DNA of 53,421 nt, filler included, from Squatina squatina (GCA_031763465.1; 2 parts of 2 records of this genome joined end to end with filler, not necessarily neighbours in it); one strand, 5' to 3'. Counted from the first letter of the whole stretch, positions 13,350 through 25,201 are shown. Numbers and translations are program-made. Notes: generated by a model not told the origin, from the sequence alone.

Positions 13350-13600
13350 AATGCCAGGCTCCCTTGATAGCACAGCTGGTACATGCACCTGATGGTGTGG
13401 TACTGAAACTTATAGACCAAGGATGTGAGAAGCTTTGACTGCTGTCTGTGCTGATTTCGCTGATCTCAATTCAAGGGGGGTCATGGTTCTGACTCCTGTA
13501 AGCTAGAGATTGAAGCCCCCGCTCCTTGCTGGAAAATACATGTGTGTGGACATCTGGTAAGTACAGGATTCAGCTTGGATGTGATACACCAATAGTCAAA
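13350..13600 (+). mobile_element. old SINE-like dispersed repeat (family unassigned)
   Basis: Shares GCTGATCTCA..CTGGAAA..CATGTGTG(TG)GACATC..CAGGAT(T)CAG with 39190-39365. Confidence 0.45.
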
Positions 13601-14234
13601 TTGTTTTCCCTTACTCATTGTGTAGGCCACTTTGACTAGGTATTGAAGGGTATCCACAGGATCCAAAGAAATTCAACCTGATGTCCGCACAAATATGGTG
13701 CATGTTACCATATATAAGGTACGGCGTATGAATTGCAAGGCGCAGAAAATTACCAACAGTGAAACTTTTTAACTCTTATGTCTGCATTGGCAATAAAAAT
13801 CACAAATACTTGAACACATGACTCTCGTGTGAGCCCGGGCTTTNNNNNNNNNNNNNNNNNNNNNNNNNNNNNNNNNNNNNNNNNNNNNNNNNNNNNNNNN
13901 NNNNNNNNNNNNNNNNNNNNNNNNNNNNNNNNNNNNNNNNNNNGAGGAGCAACCAAGAACGGGAACCCAAGCCTTTTGCTGTTTCTTACTCCCTCGCTGA
14001 GGAGTGCTAGGACCAAAGCACAGACCGAGAATTGAATCTGGGATCTTCCTGGGCTGGTAGAGCACAATGCCACACAGTGCATTTACCCACCACCCAGGGA
14101 AGCTAGCGATGCATTTATACCAATCTGGTCGTGTAGGACTGGGTGACTTGGACTGAATCTATGTTTTCCACTGGAGAAGAAAGCCCAGGCCAGCAGTCTC
14201 TGTTATTGGGTTTAGATTTGGCATTCAGATTCCA

Positions 14235-14629
14235 ATTCACTTTCATAACTACCTGAAGCCATGACCTCTGAAAAGCCAAACACTCATGCCATAGTTACAA
14301 GCTCTGAATCAGTAAGGATGAGAGACTAAGTAGGGAGTTAAACCACTCATCATCCTGACAGTTAAATGGAAGGATCGATTGATCGATCCAGTCTGCAGTT
14401 ATAATCTACCACAAGCTATGTCTGGAGTTCTTTTCTTCCCTTTGATATGGGGCAGCTAGTCCATTTTTATTCAAGTGTATTGTTTTTTTCAATTTTATTG
14501 CGAGTATAATACAATTCCATTTTCTCACTGAGGTGGGGAGAGAATATCGGACAGTGTTGCAATGAGCCTGGTAGTTAGGCGATACACGAGGTCATTCACT
14601 TTCAAAACTACCTGAAGCCATGACCTCTG
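14235..14629 (+). repeat. 36-bp direct repeat pair (14235-14270, 14594-14629)
   Basis: ATTCACTTTCA(T/A)AACTACCTGAAGCCATGACCTCTG occurs twice with one mismatch. Confidence 0.9.
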
Positions 14630-15012
14630 TGGAAGGATGTTCCCAGTGGCTGGGAAGTCCAGAACCAGGGGTCACAGTCTAAGGATATGGGATGAGCCAT
14701 TTAGGACTGAGATGAGGAGAAATTTCTTCACCCAGAGCGTGGTGAACCTGTGGAATTCTCTACCACAGAAGGCAGTTGAGGCCAAATCATTAAATATNNN
14801 NNNNNNNNNNNNNNNNNNNNNNNNNNNNNNNNNNNNNNNNNNNNNNNNNNNNNNNNNNNNNNNNNNNNNNNNNNNNNNNNNNNNNNNNNNNNNNNNNGAG
14901 AGAGCGGCAGAATGGCTTTGAAATAGAGGATCAGCTGTGATCATGTTGAATGGCGGAGCAGGCTCGAGGGGCCGAATGGCCTACTCCTGCTCCTATTTTC
15001 TATGTTTCTATG
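14630..15012 (+). mobile_element. CR1 LINE 3' end (spans a gap)
   Basis: MFPVAGKSRTRGHSLRI..FRTEMRRNFFTQSVVNLWNSLPQKAVEA, then the tail GGCCGAATGGCCTACTCCTGCTCCTATTTTCTATGTTTCTATG. Confidence 0.9.
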
Positions 15013-16415
15013 AAACAGTCTAAGTATCTCCTCGTTCCAGTTACTTAGGCCTGGAGTTTCTGATCAACAGTATTTTAATGCTACTTTATAATAAATTGAA
15101 TAGCACTGCTTAGTAAATCTGGGGTTTAATGGTTAGGATGAAGTTGAAAGAGACAAGTGTGATGTTGCAGAGAAGAGCCATGAGTGTCAGCATCTAAGTT
15201 ATGAGAAAAAACTGCAGGTACATGGGCTCTTCGGCCTGGAAAGTAGGCATCTGGTAAGTGATTTTGCAGAGGTATATCATATAGCAGGTAGTAAGGAAAA
15301 ATATTAATCAGGAATACTACTTTAATTAAAGAGTGAGAGCAGAACAAAGGGACATAGAATTAAACTAGTTCAAAGGTAACTACTTTAGGATATGTACATG
15401 CAGAAGTGAGTACCACATGGAATAGACTTCTGAGCAAAGTTGTGGAGGCAAAATAATTAGACGCAGGTATGTCTGAGCGATTTTAACATACTCGTCAAGT
15501 TAAAGTGAGATCTTGGAATCTAGAAGCAGATGAATGGCCAGGAAGGTAGACGAATTAGTCCAGTAATGAGCTTGTTTGCAGAGGCTCTAATATGCCAGAA
15601 AGGGTTACTGGGCTATAACTATGTAAGTGGTCTGTCTGACTTAAGAGATTCAAAAGTTATTAGAAAACTTGTGATCCATGTAATAAAGATATTAAAGAAT
15701 AAATTTCATTGTACACTGACTTCAAACTTTTAAATTGCATTGCTAATGTAAGTGTATGATACATCATTACTCATCATTCCAAGGATTCAAATCCACCAGA
15801 TTTGCCCAGTGAACTCTGGGAGTATAATGAGTAATGACTGCTCAGGCTCCAGTTACAATTAATATTAGTTCAACTGAAATGAACCCGACAAGTTTTCAGA
15901 AGATACAATTGAGAAAGAAGAATCTCAATGAACTCTAGCTGTTCAAATTTCGTTTGTGTTTGGCCAAAACATTTAAAGCTAATCAATCCTTTCCAGATCA
16001 ATATACCACTGAATTCTTCACAAAGGGCTGATGCTGAAACTGAAGTAGAGTTCAAACCTGGGCATGTATAAGGAATTGATTGCAGGAAAGAAAGCGGGAA
16101 TTTGTTTAGCTAAGGGGTGGAAGAGCAGGGATGTACTGATTAAATGACCCCAGGGATTGGTGCTGAAGCTCCTGCTGTTTCTCCACACATCAGTAATTCA
16201 GACTCAGGATCTCAGTGCAAACTGGTCTAATTTGTGGATGGTATATGCACACAATCACCGCACATGTGCTCAAATGTACTGCCTCTGCACATGCTCATTA
16301 GCACTGCAGCTCCATGCACCGCATAAGTGCTCAAGCTCCACTTGATAGTACCTTGCTATTACTTAACTGAGCGTAATGTCCTGACCTCAACCAGTTCCAG
16401 CTGTTCCACCCTATG

Positions 16416-16770
16416 AAAGAAAAGAACGACTTGCATTCCTTTTGTGCTTTTCACGACCAATGGACGTCCCAAAGCGCTTTACAGCCAATGAAGTACTTGT
16501 GGAGTGTAGTCACTGTTGTAATGCGGGAAACACGACAGCCAATTTGCGCACAGCAAACTCCTTTCAAAATAGTGCCATGGGGTCTTTTATCTCCACCCGA
16601 GAGGCCAGACGGGGCCTCGGTTGAACGTTTCATCTGAAACACAGCACCTCTGACAGTGCAGCACTCCCTCAGTACTGCACTGGAGTGTCGGCCTAGATTT
16701 TGGTGCTGAAGCCTCTGGAATGGGACTTGAACCCACAGCCTTCTGACTCAGAGGCGAGGGTGCTACCCAT
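16416..16770 (-). mobile_element. DeuSINE/SacSINE1-like SINE, near full length with an internal deletion
   Basis: tRNA-like head, GTACTGAGGGAGTGCTGCACTGTC body and 3' tail are all present. It lacks the GGGGAGTT..GGCCAATATTTATCCCTC..CATTGCTGTT segment found in the 21841-22151 copy. Confidence 0.85.
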
Positions 16771-18757
16771 GGGATGGGTATGGAGAGAGGCAGGAATGCG
16801 TGGTTGAGTAGGGATAAATTCAGAAATGGTTGGATGAGTGCGTATGATTTTGTTTGGTGCTTTTGTGCATCTTAATTTTTTTTCTGTTGATCACATTTTT
16901 CCTTTTTTGTAAGTCATTGCTTTGTAAATTCTACATAGGACTTTGTGTTAACTTCTGCAGTTTTTTTTGCTGATATTATATGGAAATCAACTCAAAGATA
17001 CAATTTCTGTGGAAAGCACGTTCTGCAAAGAAGAACTTTGCATCCTAAGCACATTTTGCAGTTATGTTCAGAAATGCTAGNNNNNNNNNNNNNNNNNNNN
17101 NNNNNNNNNNNNNNNNNNNNNNNNNNNNNNNNNNNNNNNNNNNNNNNNNNNNNNNNNNNNNNNNNNNNNNNNNNNNNNNNACTGCTAAGCATGGCCGGAA
17201 TTGAGTTGTAGGCCAACTGCTTGCATCGGGCTCTGCGGCGAGGGAAGTGTCTGGCGAAGTCGCCTGCACCTGTGAAGCATCTTCCACTGCACGAGCCTGC
17301 TGCCCACCCCGTGCTAAAGGCGCGCGGTTGCAGGCGCACCTCTGTAAGCCCATTAAACTTATTTTATGTTTGATCAATGAGACGTGCAGATCAGAGCTCA
17401 GCACTTAATTCAACAGAATGCACTGGATAGCTTTTGAAGTGACGTGTAAGCATAGGCCTTGGGTGACCTGCGGGAATATGCATTACTCTGCAGAGGATCA
17501 ATGCGCACGTTGCTTTTCTTGACAGATGCAAATGCTGCCCTTTGTGGTGCTTACAAGCTGTCAGGAGAATGGAGCAGCAACTTGAAACAGTGCAGATCAG
17601 GAAACATCTGGCGTGTGTCTCCTAATGTGCCTGCTTTATCTCAGCGGGGCAGCAACATCCTCTCTGATTAGCAAATATTGATTTTGAATGTACGCTNNNN
17701 NNNNNNNNNNNNNNNNNNNNNNNNNNNNNNNNNNNNNNNNNNNNNNNNNNNNNNNNNNNNNNNNNNNNNNNNNNNNNNNNNNNNNNNNNNNNNNNNTCAA
17801 CATGGTGGGATGTAGCCGGACGCGGGATCTATCAAAGCAACAGTTGCTTTCAGTTCCATTTATCTGCAGGAAAGACTGAAACAGCAACAAGGCAAGAAGA
17901 AATAATTGGGTGAAAGGCAGTAAATAAAGTCCCGCTCACCTTGTTGCTGAGCCTGCCTCCGGTATCCATGAATAAGAACGCGTTATCGACTGGTGACAGG
18001 CAAAGCTGACTAAGGAAATGTTCCGCAAGGGCTTTAGCTATGAAAAGGTCAGGGCACTGCCTCTGAAGTCCATTCAAACTATTGTCACTCAATAATCCTG
18101 TTTATTACATGGCCAGTCCTCTCCCAGGACAATAAAGCTGCCAATGCCTCTCTGTGACAATCATTAATGAGCTGACAAACTTTGCCCATTAACGCTGACA
18201 TGAGAGCAAGCAGGTCTTTATTTAAAATTATAGAGTCGACAACTCACATGTTTAATTTCAGAAAGACAACCTATCTTGACGCATAATAAAAAGGCTAGGT
18301 TTATTAAGGCTGTTATCAGCAGAGCAATTTGAATTAATTATTCAAACTACTAGCCAACCAATTTAAAATCCTCCTTTTCAAAAAAAAAATTATTCCTAGA
18401 TACAAATTTAAAACGAAGTCATTGAACAGATTGANNNNNNNNNNNNNNNNNNNNNNNNNNNNNNNNNNNNNNNNNNNNNNNNNNNNNNNNNNNNNNNNNN
18501 NNNNNNNNNNNNNNNNNNNNNNNNNNNNNNNNNNTATGAAATTTGTCCATTTTAATAAAAATTAATTTTGTTTGAAGTTTGTCCATCTTTATTTCAGGTT
18601 TGCTTTTTCCCCCCATGAGAGCCCCAATCTTTCTTTTGCTCTCTCCAACATTTTTAAAAAGTTAGAATTTTAAGAGCTTACTCATTTCCTTGTTTGCAGT
18701 CTGTGAAAATTCTGCCTTTTGATTGGCTGCTCAGACAGCCTGTTGACATCACAACAG

Positions 18758-18904
18758 TTCGTTGATTTGAATGGGAAGGTCGGAAAACTCGAAGTTCTCG
18801 ACACAGGGATCGCGAGATCCTTGTACTTCGGGGCCAGCAGTGAACGCCTTCGCTTCGCTGCTGACCACAAATTCCGGGCCAATAAACTGTTGTCTGCAAA
18901 CTTT
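18758..18904 (+). CDS. candidate exon, unidentified (FVDLNGKVGKLEVLDTGIARSLYFGASSERLRFAADHKFRANKLLSANF)
   Basis: CpG-containing open stretch in an AT-rich contig, bounded by CAG and GTAAT. Minus-strand frames are also open with AG/GTAAG bounds, so the strand is uncertain. Confidence 0.25.
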
Positions 18905-19877
18905 GTAATATACAAAAAAAATCTGAATGAGCTAGTTGAAAGAATTTTTGTATATATTTTAACACTGCTATTACTTTGACTATCAACTCAAAGAACCCCA
19001 TAGTATATTCCATCCCTATCTTATTTTATCACAAATTAAAGTTTAGCATTAAAGTTATCTCTGCACATGATTGAAATGATGGTCACTATTTAATCCTTTT
19101 ACTTGTCAAGCATGCCAACATTTTTTAGTCAAAGCCATTTCACTATCGGGCGCCAACACGTTTTTCCCAAATTAACAGTTTTCATTTCCTTCACCATAAT
19201 ATTACAATTCTTACAGTGTATTGCGTACCTGTCATTGGCTGGCAAAGCATCAGCATTCCAAGATGTGCTGATGAATTGTTCTGAATATTTGGAGATGTGA
19301 CTAGGGAAAGAATTATACATGCCGCTGGTCCTATATGATAATGATTCAAGGGTAGGAGCCTGTAACGTTAAAAATCACATTATTCTATGTAATATTTAAA
19401 AATTAAATACTTTCTCGGCATACAATTTGGAAAAAATAAACTTTGCTGTTACAACTTTTTATGAATGTATCCTTCTCATTTGGAACAGCACAGACTTATC
19501 TGCAGTTATTTTGGTTGATATGCATTTGAGCGATGCCAACCTAATTAAGATTAAACAGATAAACTTTGTCAGCAGATGGTGGAAGTGGGGTGAGAAAAGA
19601 GTAACTAGTGGCGTTCGCTAGGGTCCATTTTGGGTCATCTGCTGTTTTCGTTATTTATAAAATCATATGAAGACAAATGCTTCTTGTAATAATGTCATAA
19701 AATGTGCTAATAACAGCAAACCATTTAACAAGTGTAAGGCAGATAGATAGTGGCTTTCAAAAGAATCTGCTCCAATTAAACAGATGGGCTAAGGATAGCA
19801 AAGAGAATTTTAATGCAGGTATGTGCACAGTAATAAACAATGGAACAGGAAATATGTAGAGGATCTTATTTTGAAAA

Positions 19878-19996
19878 AATGCCCACAACATCTGGTCTTA
19901 CTTGGAGGTCTTCCACTCAACTATTACCACAACTCAATCGTGCTTGGTTTCCAAGGTCAGACGAGATCAGGGATAATCAGGCTGCTGTGTCTTGAC
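19878..19996 (-). pseudogene. decayed 5S rRNA copy / 5S-derived SINE head
   Basis: Reverse complement GTCAAGACACAGCAGCCTGATTATCCCTGATCTCGTCTGACCTTGGAAACCAAGCACGATT..GGAAGACCTCCAAGTAAGACCAGATGTTGTGGGCATT is colinear over ~119 nt with vertebrate 5S (CCCGATCTCGTCTGATCTCGGAAGCTAAGCAG..GGGAGACC..GGTGCTGTAGGCTT). Followed by a T6 run. Confidence 0.8.
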
Positions 19997-20060
19997 AGTT
20001 GACTTGCGAATGTGTAAAAAGAGGAACTGGGCGTGAACAGTTAATGTGAACCAGTTATAA

Positions 20061-20160
20061 AGAAAGAACTTGCAATTACGCAGCGCTTTTCATGACTTTA
20101 GGACCTCCCAAAGCACTTGAAATACTTTTAAAGTGTAGTCAGTGTTGTAATATAGGAATG
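20061..20160 (-). mobile_element. DeuSINE-like 3' end
   Basis: AGAAAGAACTTGCA..AGCGCTTTTCATGAC..CCCAAAGCACTT..AAGTGTAGTCAGTGTTGTAAT, as at 16416-16530. Confidence 0.6.
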
Positions 20161-20699
20161 CTAGAAACATTTAACAGAGAAGATCTTCACAAATACATTT
20201 ACAATCAGTCAAAGCCCTTGACTTTTAAGCAAATTCCTGGGCTGGCCTCTGCTCTCCACTCCTCCACCTGTTTGATTGATCAGTGCTGATAGTTACTTCC
20301 ATTAAACGGTTAGGTTAGGGTTCATATTAGTATTACACACTGCCAGATGTTTGCTAACTGATCCTGAGGGGCTTACTGTTCATATTTGTTCAGCTACAAG
20401 CTAAGACTGTGGCATCAATAATGAAGACTGGCTGGGTGTTTGCTGTACTTCAACATGTAGGAGAATTACATACCTTAGTGCAGCACTGCAAAGCAAATAA
20501 AACTGCTACAAAATGGAACAACGGTGAAATTAGAGGGAAGATTAAGAAAAAGGGAAGATTTACCAAGATTCCTGGAAGTAAGGAAAGGGAATTGATTACT
20601 GTGAGTACAAGAACATACACAGAAGTTTAAAATAGAGATTAGGAGGCAAGAGAGAACCCTCTAATCCCCGGTATCATTCTGGTGAAATCTGCCCTTCAC

Positions 20700-20872
20700 A
20701 GGAACAGAGGAACAGGAAGAGGCCGTTCAGCCCCTCAAGTCTGTTCCGCCATTCAATTACATCATGGCTGATCTGCAACTTATCTCCATACTCCCGCCTT
20801 TGCCCCATGTCCCTGAATACCTTTGGTTAACAAAAGTCTGTCAATCTCAAATTTAAAATTAACAATTGATCT
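20700..20872 (-). mobile_element. CR1 LINE 3' tail
   Basis: GGCCGTTCAGCCCCTCAAGTCTGTTCCGCCATTCAATTACATCATGGCTGATCTG is the reverse complement of 52248-52305. Confidence 0.75.
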
Positions 20873-21840
20873 GCTGATTGGGTGAGTACGGTCAGGTGAG
20901 TATTTATACTACTCTACAGTTTGACATTAAAGGTTAAACGTTTATAAGGGTTAGAAGGTCTTTATTTTGTGGTTTATANNNNNNNNNNNNNNNNNNNNNN
21001 NNNNNNNNNNNNNNNNNNNNNNNNNNNNNNNNNNNNNNNNNNNNNNNNNNNNNNNNNNNNNNNNNNNNNNNNNNNNNNGTGGCTGATGATTGATGAGATT
21101 TCAGATCTCCTGAGCTCGCGCTGTACAGGCCCCTGTCAAACCAGAGCCGAGTCCTTCAGAAGCAATCAGAGCCTCCATCTTACAGCCCATTCTCAGTTGA
21201 GAAAAGAAGATCACCGAATGGCATATGTTCCAAATTGGATTTTCTTAGGAAAGAAAATGTATTATTTTTCCCATCTGATATCACGCACTGCATTCTTATT
21301 TAGGCAGTGCGATGTCATTTTCAATTTAATAGGCGGTGCGCCGTTGCACACAGACTCCGCTGATAGCTCAAATCAGTTTGGATTTTTCTTTTTATGGCTC
21401 TTCACCTGAGCCTGTTAAATGCTCAACACAGCACTGGGCAATCAAACAGTCTTCGATATTACAGTTTACACAGCCCATGATCAAGAAATGCTGCTCCGTG
21501 CACTCCAGCCTACTGGATGTATTCACTTGAGTGGCATCCAAGATGCTGGAGAGGTACGTACTTTAAATAAAGGCTTTTGGAAATAGCCACTTATATAACT
21601 GGCTGTGCAGTTCCAATGGTCGTTTATTCAATCTATAAGTGGGGTTAAAAGAGGAAGAAAGTGTCCGCATTTTCTCAATTTTGGTCATATTCAATATGAT
21701 CCTTGCGAAACACGTTGCAGATTGTTCAGTAAGCAATGTATGTCATCATTCTTCACTGCACTTAACTTAATTATGTTGTTAATATCAGCATCACTATCGT
21801 TAGGATTAATTCTTACCCTTTTTTTTGTAGTATTCAACTT

Positions 21841-22151
21841 GGCAGCCTTGGCTTGGCAGCATTTGACACTCACCTCTGAGTCAGAAGGTTGTGTGTTCAA
21901 GCCCCATGCCAGATATGAGCACAAAATTCAGGCTGATACTTCACTGCAGTACTGATGGAGTTCTGCACTGTCGGAGGTGCCATCTTTCAGATGAAACATT
22001 AAACGGAGTCAGTTATCCTGGCTGGATGTGAAAGTGCCCGCAGCATTATTTGAAGAAAAGCAGGGGAGTTATCCCTGATGTCCAGGCCAATATTTATCCC
22101 TCGACCAACATCACTAGAACAGATTATCTGGTCATTTATCTATTGCTGTTT
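21841..22151 (+). mobile_element. DeuSINE/SacSINE1-like SINE, 5' two-thirds
   Basis: tRNA-like head (CACCTCTGAGTCAGAAGGTTGTGTGTTCAAGCCC) plus the GCACTGTCGGAGGTGCCATCTTTCAGATGA..GGCCAATATTTATCCCTC core. Confidence 0.85.
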
Positions 22152-22251
22152 NNNNNNNNNNNNNNNNNNNNNNNNNNNNNNNNNNNNNNNNNNNNNNNNN
22201 NNNNNNNNNNNNNNNNNNNNNNNNNNNNNNNNNNNNNNNNNNNNNNNNNNN

Positions 22252-22785
22252 ATACGCATTTATTTCTATTTGTCCCATCAATTTAACTATCTTGTTACGA
22301 ATGCTGCGTGCAGTCAGATAAAGAGCCTTTAATTTTGTCTTTTTATCATTATTCCCCACTCTGATCATATTTACTGTTACACTCTTAAGTTTGTACGCTC
22401 TGTCCCTTCCTGTCACACTCTGGTTATCATTGCCCATATCGCTACCCTGCACTATTTTGCCTTGTCCATTCTCTTTAATATTCTAAATTTCCCCTCACCT
22501 GAATCCTCCCCCCGCTATTTAGTTTAAAGCCCTCTCTACAGCCCTAGTTATTTGATTCGCCAGGACACTGGCCCCAGCATGGTTCAAGTGAAGCCCGTCC
22601 CGATGGAACAGCTCCCTCTTTCCCCATTACTGGTGGCACTGCCCCATGAATCGAAACCCACTTCTCCCACACCAATCCTTGAGCCACACATTCAACTCTC
22701 TGATCTTATTGACCCTATGCTAAATTGCTGGTGGTTGAGGTAGTGATCCAGAGATTATTACCTTTGTGGTTCTGCTTTTTAATTG
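22252..22785 (-). mobile_element. CR1 LINE ORF1 esterase end / ORF2 start
   Basis: Minus strand gives RELFHRDGLHLNHAGASVLANQITRAVERALN* (SGNH-like DGLH motif) and KTKLKALYLTARSIRNK. Homologous to 5990-6250. Confidence 0.85.
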
Positions 22786-23504
22786 ATTCAAAATGCACGT
22801 GCTGTACTTCTAATAACTTCTAGAAGGAAAGACAGTTAGAGAAGTAATTAGTTTTAGAATCATAGGACAAGTTATCCCAGTGAAATGTTTAAGATTCTAT
22901 CAAGTGTATAATCTGGAAAAACACATTAATTAACTCAAGTGCCTTACAATCTGTGGTCTTATAGTCTATTAGCTCTCTCAGATAGGCAGGCTCACATACC
23001 CAATTACTCTTTACAAGGCCTCGCCTCTCTTAAATTAGGTTTATGATTCCCAATGGGTCCATCTGCTCAGCACGATTTACATTAATCATCTTTCAAAGTT
23101 TTTTTAATGGGATCAAAGGTGATTTCCCACAAACCTTTTGCTTTATCCAGCATGATTACAACGGATAAAATGAAGAATCATATTATAAAATCATAGATGT
23201 TTATGACACAGAAGGAGGCCATTCTTTGCTTTGAAAGAGGGCTCTTTGTGTATTATTTTTATTGGCCTTGCTGATTGTATTAGGTTCTAATGAGACAAGA
23301 GCAGGAGAAGGTACAAAATGAGGAAAAACTAATGGCCTTATCATTCCTACACATCTAACTGATACTGTCCTGTGCTCTTAACGTATTTAATCTCCCAAAG
23401 GAGGTGAATCATTACAAGGAAAACTGTGTCATTACTGACAATAAGTTGGACAATGTACTGTTTTAACAGGCCAGAGTGTTGTACTATGTGCTGCACAATG
23501 TCTG

Positions 23505-23591
23505 CTATAAAAACACAGAATGCTGGAAATACTCAGCAGGTCAGGCAGCATCTGTGGAGAGAGAAACAGAGTTAACGTTTCAGGTCGATGA
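23505..23591 (-). mobile_element. Penelope-like element terminus (probable)
   Basis: AATGCTGGAAATACTCAGCAGGTCAGGCAGCATCTGTGGAGAGAGAAACAGAGTTAACGTTTCAGGTCG, recalled as an abundant chondrichthyan Penelope terminal repeat. Confidence 0.6.
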
Positions 23592-24726
23592 NNNNNNNNN
23601 NNNNNNNNNNNNNNNNNNNNNNNNNNNNNNNNNNNNNNNNNNNNNNNNNNNNNNNNNNNNNNNNNNNNNNNNNNNNNNNNNNNNNNNNNNNTGAAAGAAA
23701 GGAGGGCAGGTGCCCGAGGAGAGGGAGCTATTCACTCAATATTGTGTAAACTAATTGATCCCCGGTTCAATTCCCCCTCATCTGCAATGAATCAGTTTGT
23801 CTCGTGCGCCACAACTGGCCTCAGTTAGCCCAGGTGGCCTTCGTACAATAGTGTCCACTTGCAGGCGTTCTGGGATGGCAAGATCTGACTTTGCTGCAAC
23901 TCTGGACCTAACGAATATGAGCCCCTTGAGGAGAGGAGGGGAGAAAAAACCAACAGGATGAAAAGAGTAGGCACGTGGTAAAACTGGAGTAGAATAAAGA
24001 CGGAGAGCAGCCAGGAAGTAAGCAAGTCCAGTAGGACGAAACTTGAGGCATCTGTAGCTGCACTACAAAATATTGGCAGCGTTGCAATGAAAAGCCATAA
24101 ACCACTGCAGTAAACCCCACATCTGGCATTAATGGAGCCATAAAATAGCAAATGTACATATTTTGAATGACTTTGAAACTCAGTAGTTAAGTGTCAAAGC
24201 TTTACGGCAGATATAAAAAGCCAGGGCAGCAATCTAACCATTTTACAGCATCATGCTCTCAAATTGACTTTAAATTAGTTGTCCAAATAGTCTCTGTTAC
24301 ATCCCAATTGAAAATCAAAGGTCAAATTTTAAATTTCAATGTAATATTCTTCCTGTCTCCTTATATCTGCGAGCGTCCGAACACTATTTTGAACTCAGAT
24401 CGTTGGGTAATCTGACACTCCAGTTCCTGGCCAGTATACCTTCCTCAACCTAAAGCAGATTAACTAGTTAAGTCATCTCATTGCTGTCCCTCTTGTTATA
24501 TGCAGAATGACTTCTTGATTTACCTACAGATGGGCAGGATTTTAACTCTGAGGTGGGCAGGGGAGCGGTGGGGCTGGATTGTGGTTGGGAAACCCAGAAG
24601 AACGGGTTTCCCCTCAGCGCCTGCCAGATTTAACGGCAGGGCCTGATGAACATTTTTTTTCTCTGCATCCTGCCTGCAGCCAGACAGATTGAGAGGCTGG
24701 CTGGCTGGCTGGTGGGCAGGTAGGCC

Positions 24727-24821
24727 TAGGGTGACCAGACATTCCGGTTTTGCCGGGACAGTTCCGGTTCTTCAGCAAACGTCCCGGTGTCCCGACAATT
24801 TTTTTTTTGAAAATGGCTTAA
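24727..24821 (+). mobile_element. hAT-Blackjack-like DNA transposon terminus
   Basis: Starts TAGGGTGACCAGACATTCCGGTTTTGCCGGGACAG, resembling MER81/MER94-type TIRs. The other end is not visible. Confidence 0.55.
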
Positions 24822-24921
24822 NNNNNNNNNNNNNNNNNNNNNNNNNNNNNNNNNNNNNNNNNNNNTTAATTAATTAANNNNNNNNNNNNNNNNNNNNNNN
24901 NNNNNNNNNNNNNNNNNNNNN
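24822..24921. other. artificial six-frame-stop linker (44 N + TTAATTAATTAA + 44 N)
   Basis: Exactly 100 positions with a central palindrome carrying TAA in all six frames. Confidence 0.95.
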
Positions 24922-24997
24922 CCAGAAGGCTGTAAAGTGCCTAATCGAAAGATGAGGTGTTGTTCCTCGAGCTTGCGTTGACTTTCATTGGAACAGT
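24922..24997 (-). mobile_element. Penelope GIY-YIG endonuclease C-terminal fragment
   Basis: Minus strand translates CSNESQRKLEEQHLIFRLGTLQPSG, the RKxxE..I..L.T..P.G end of Penelope GIY-YIG. Confidence 0.75.
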
Positions 24998-25201
24998 AGC
25001 TTGGTGTCAAATTTTGTCTGATTAGACCGTGGGACATTTCACTATGTTAAAGGCGCTATATAAATGCACGCTATATAAATGTTACAGGTAATTGCAAAGG
25101 ACAGAGAATGGTTATGTATAATGCTATAAAATTGCAACACTTTCTCCGCCTTGAAAGTGTGAATTTTTAACCAAGTAGTTCACATCAGTGTATACACTCA
25201 C

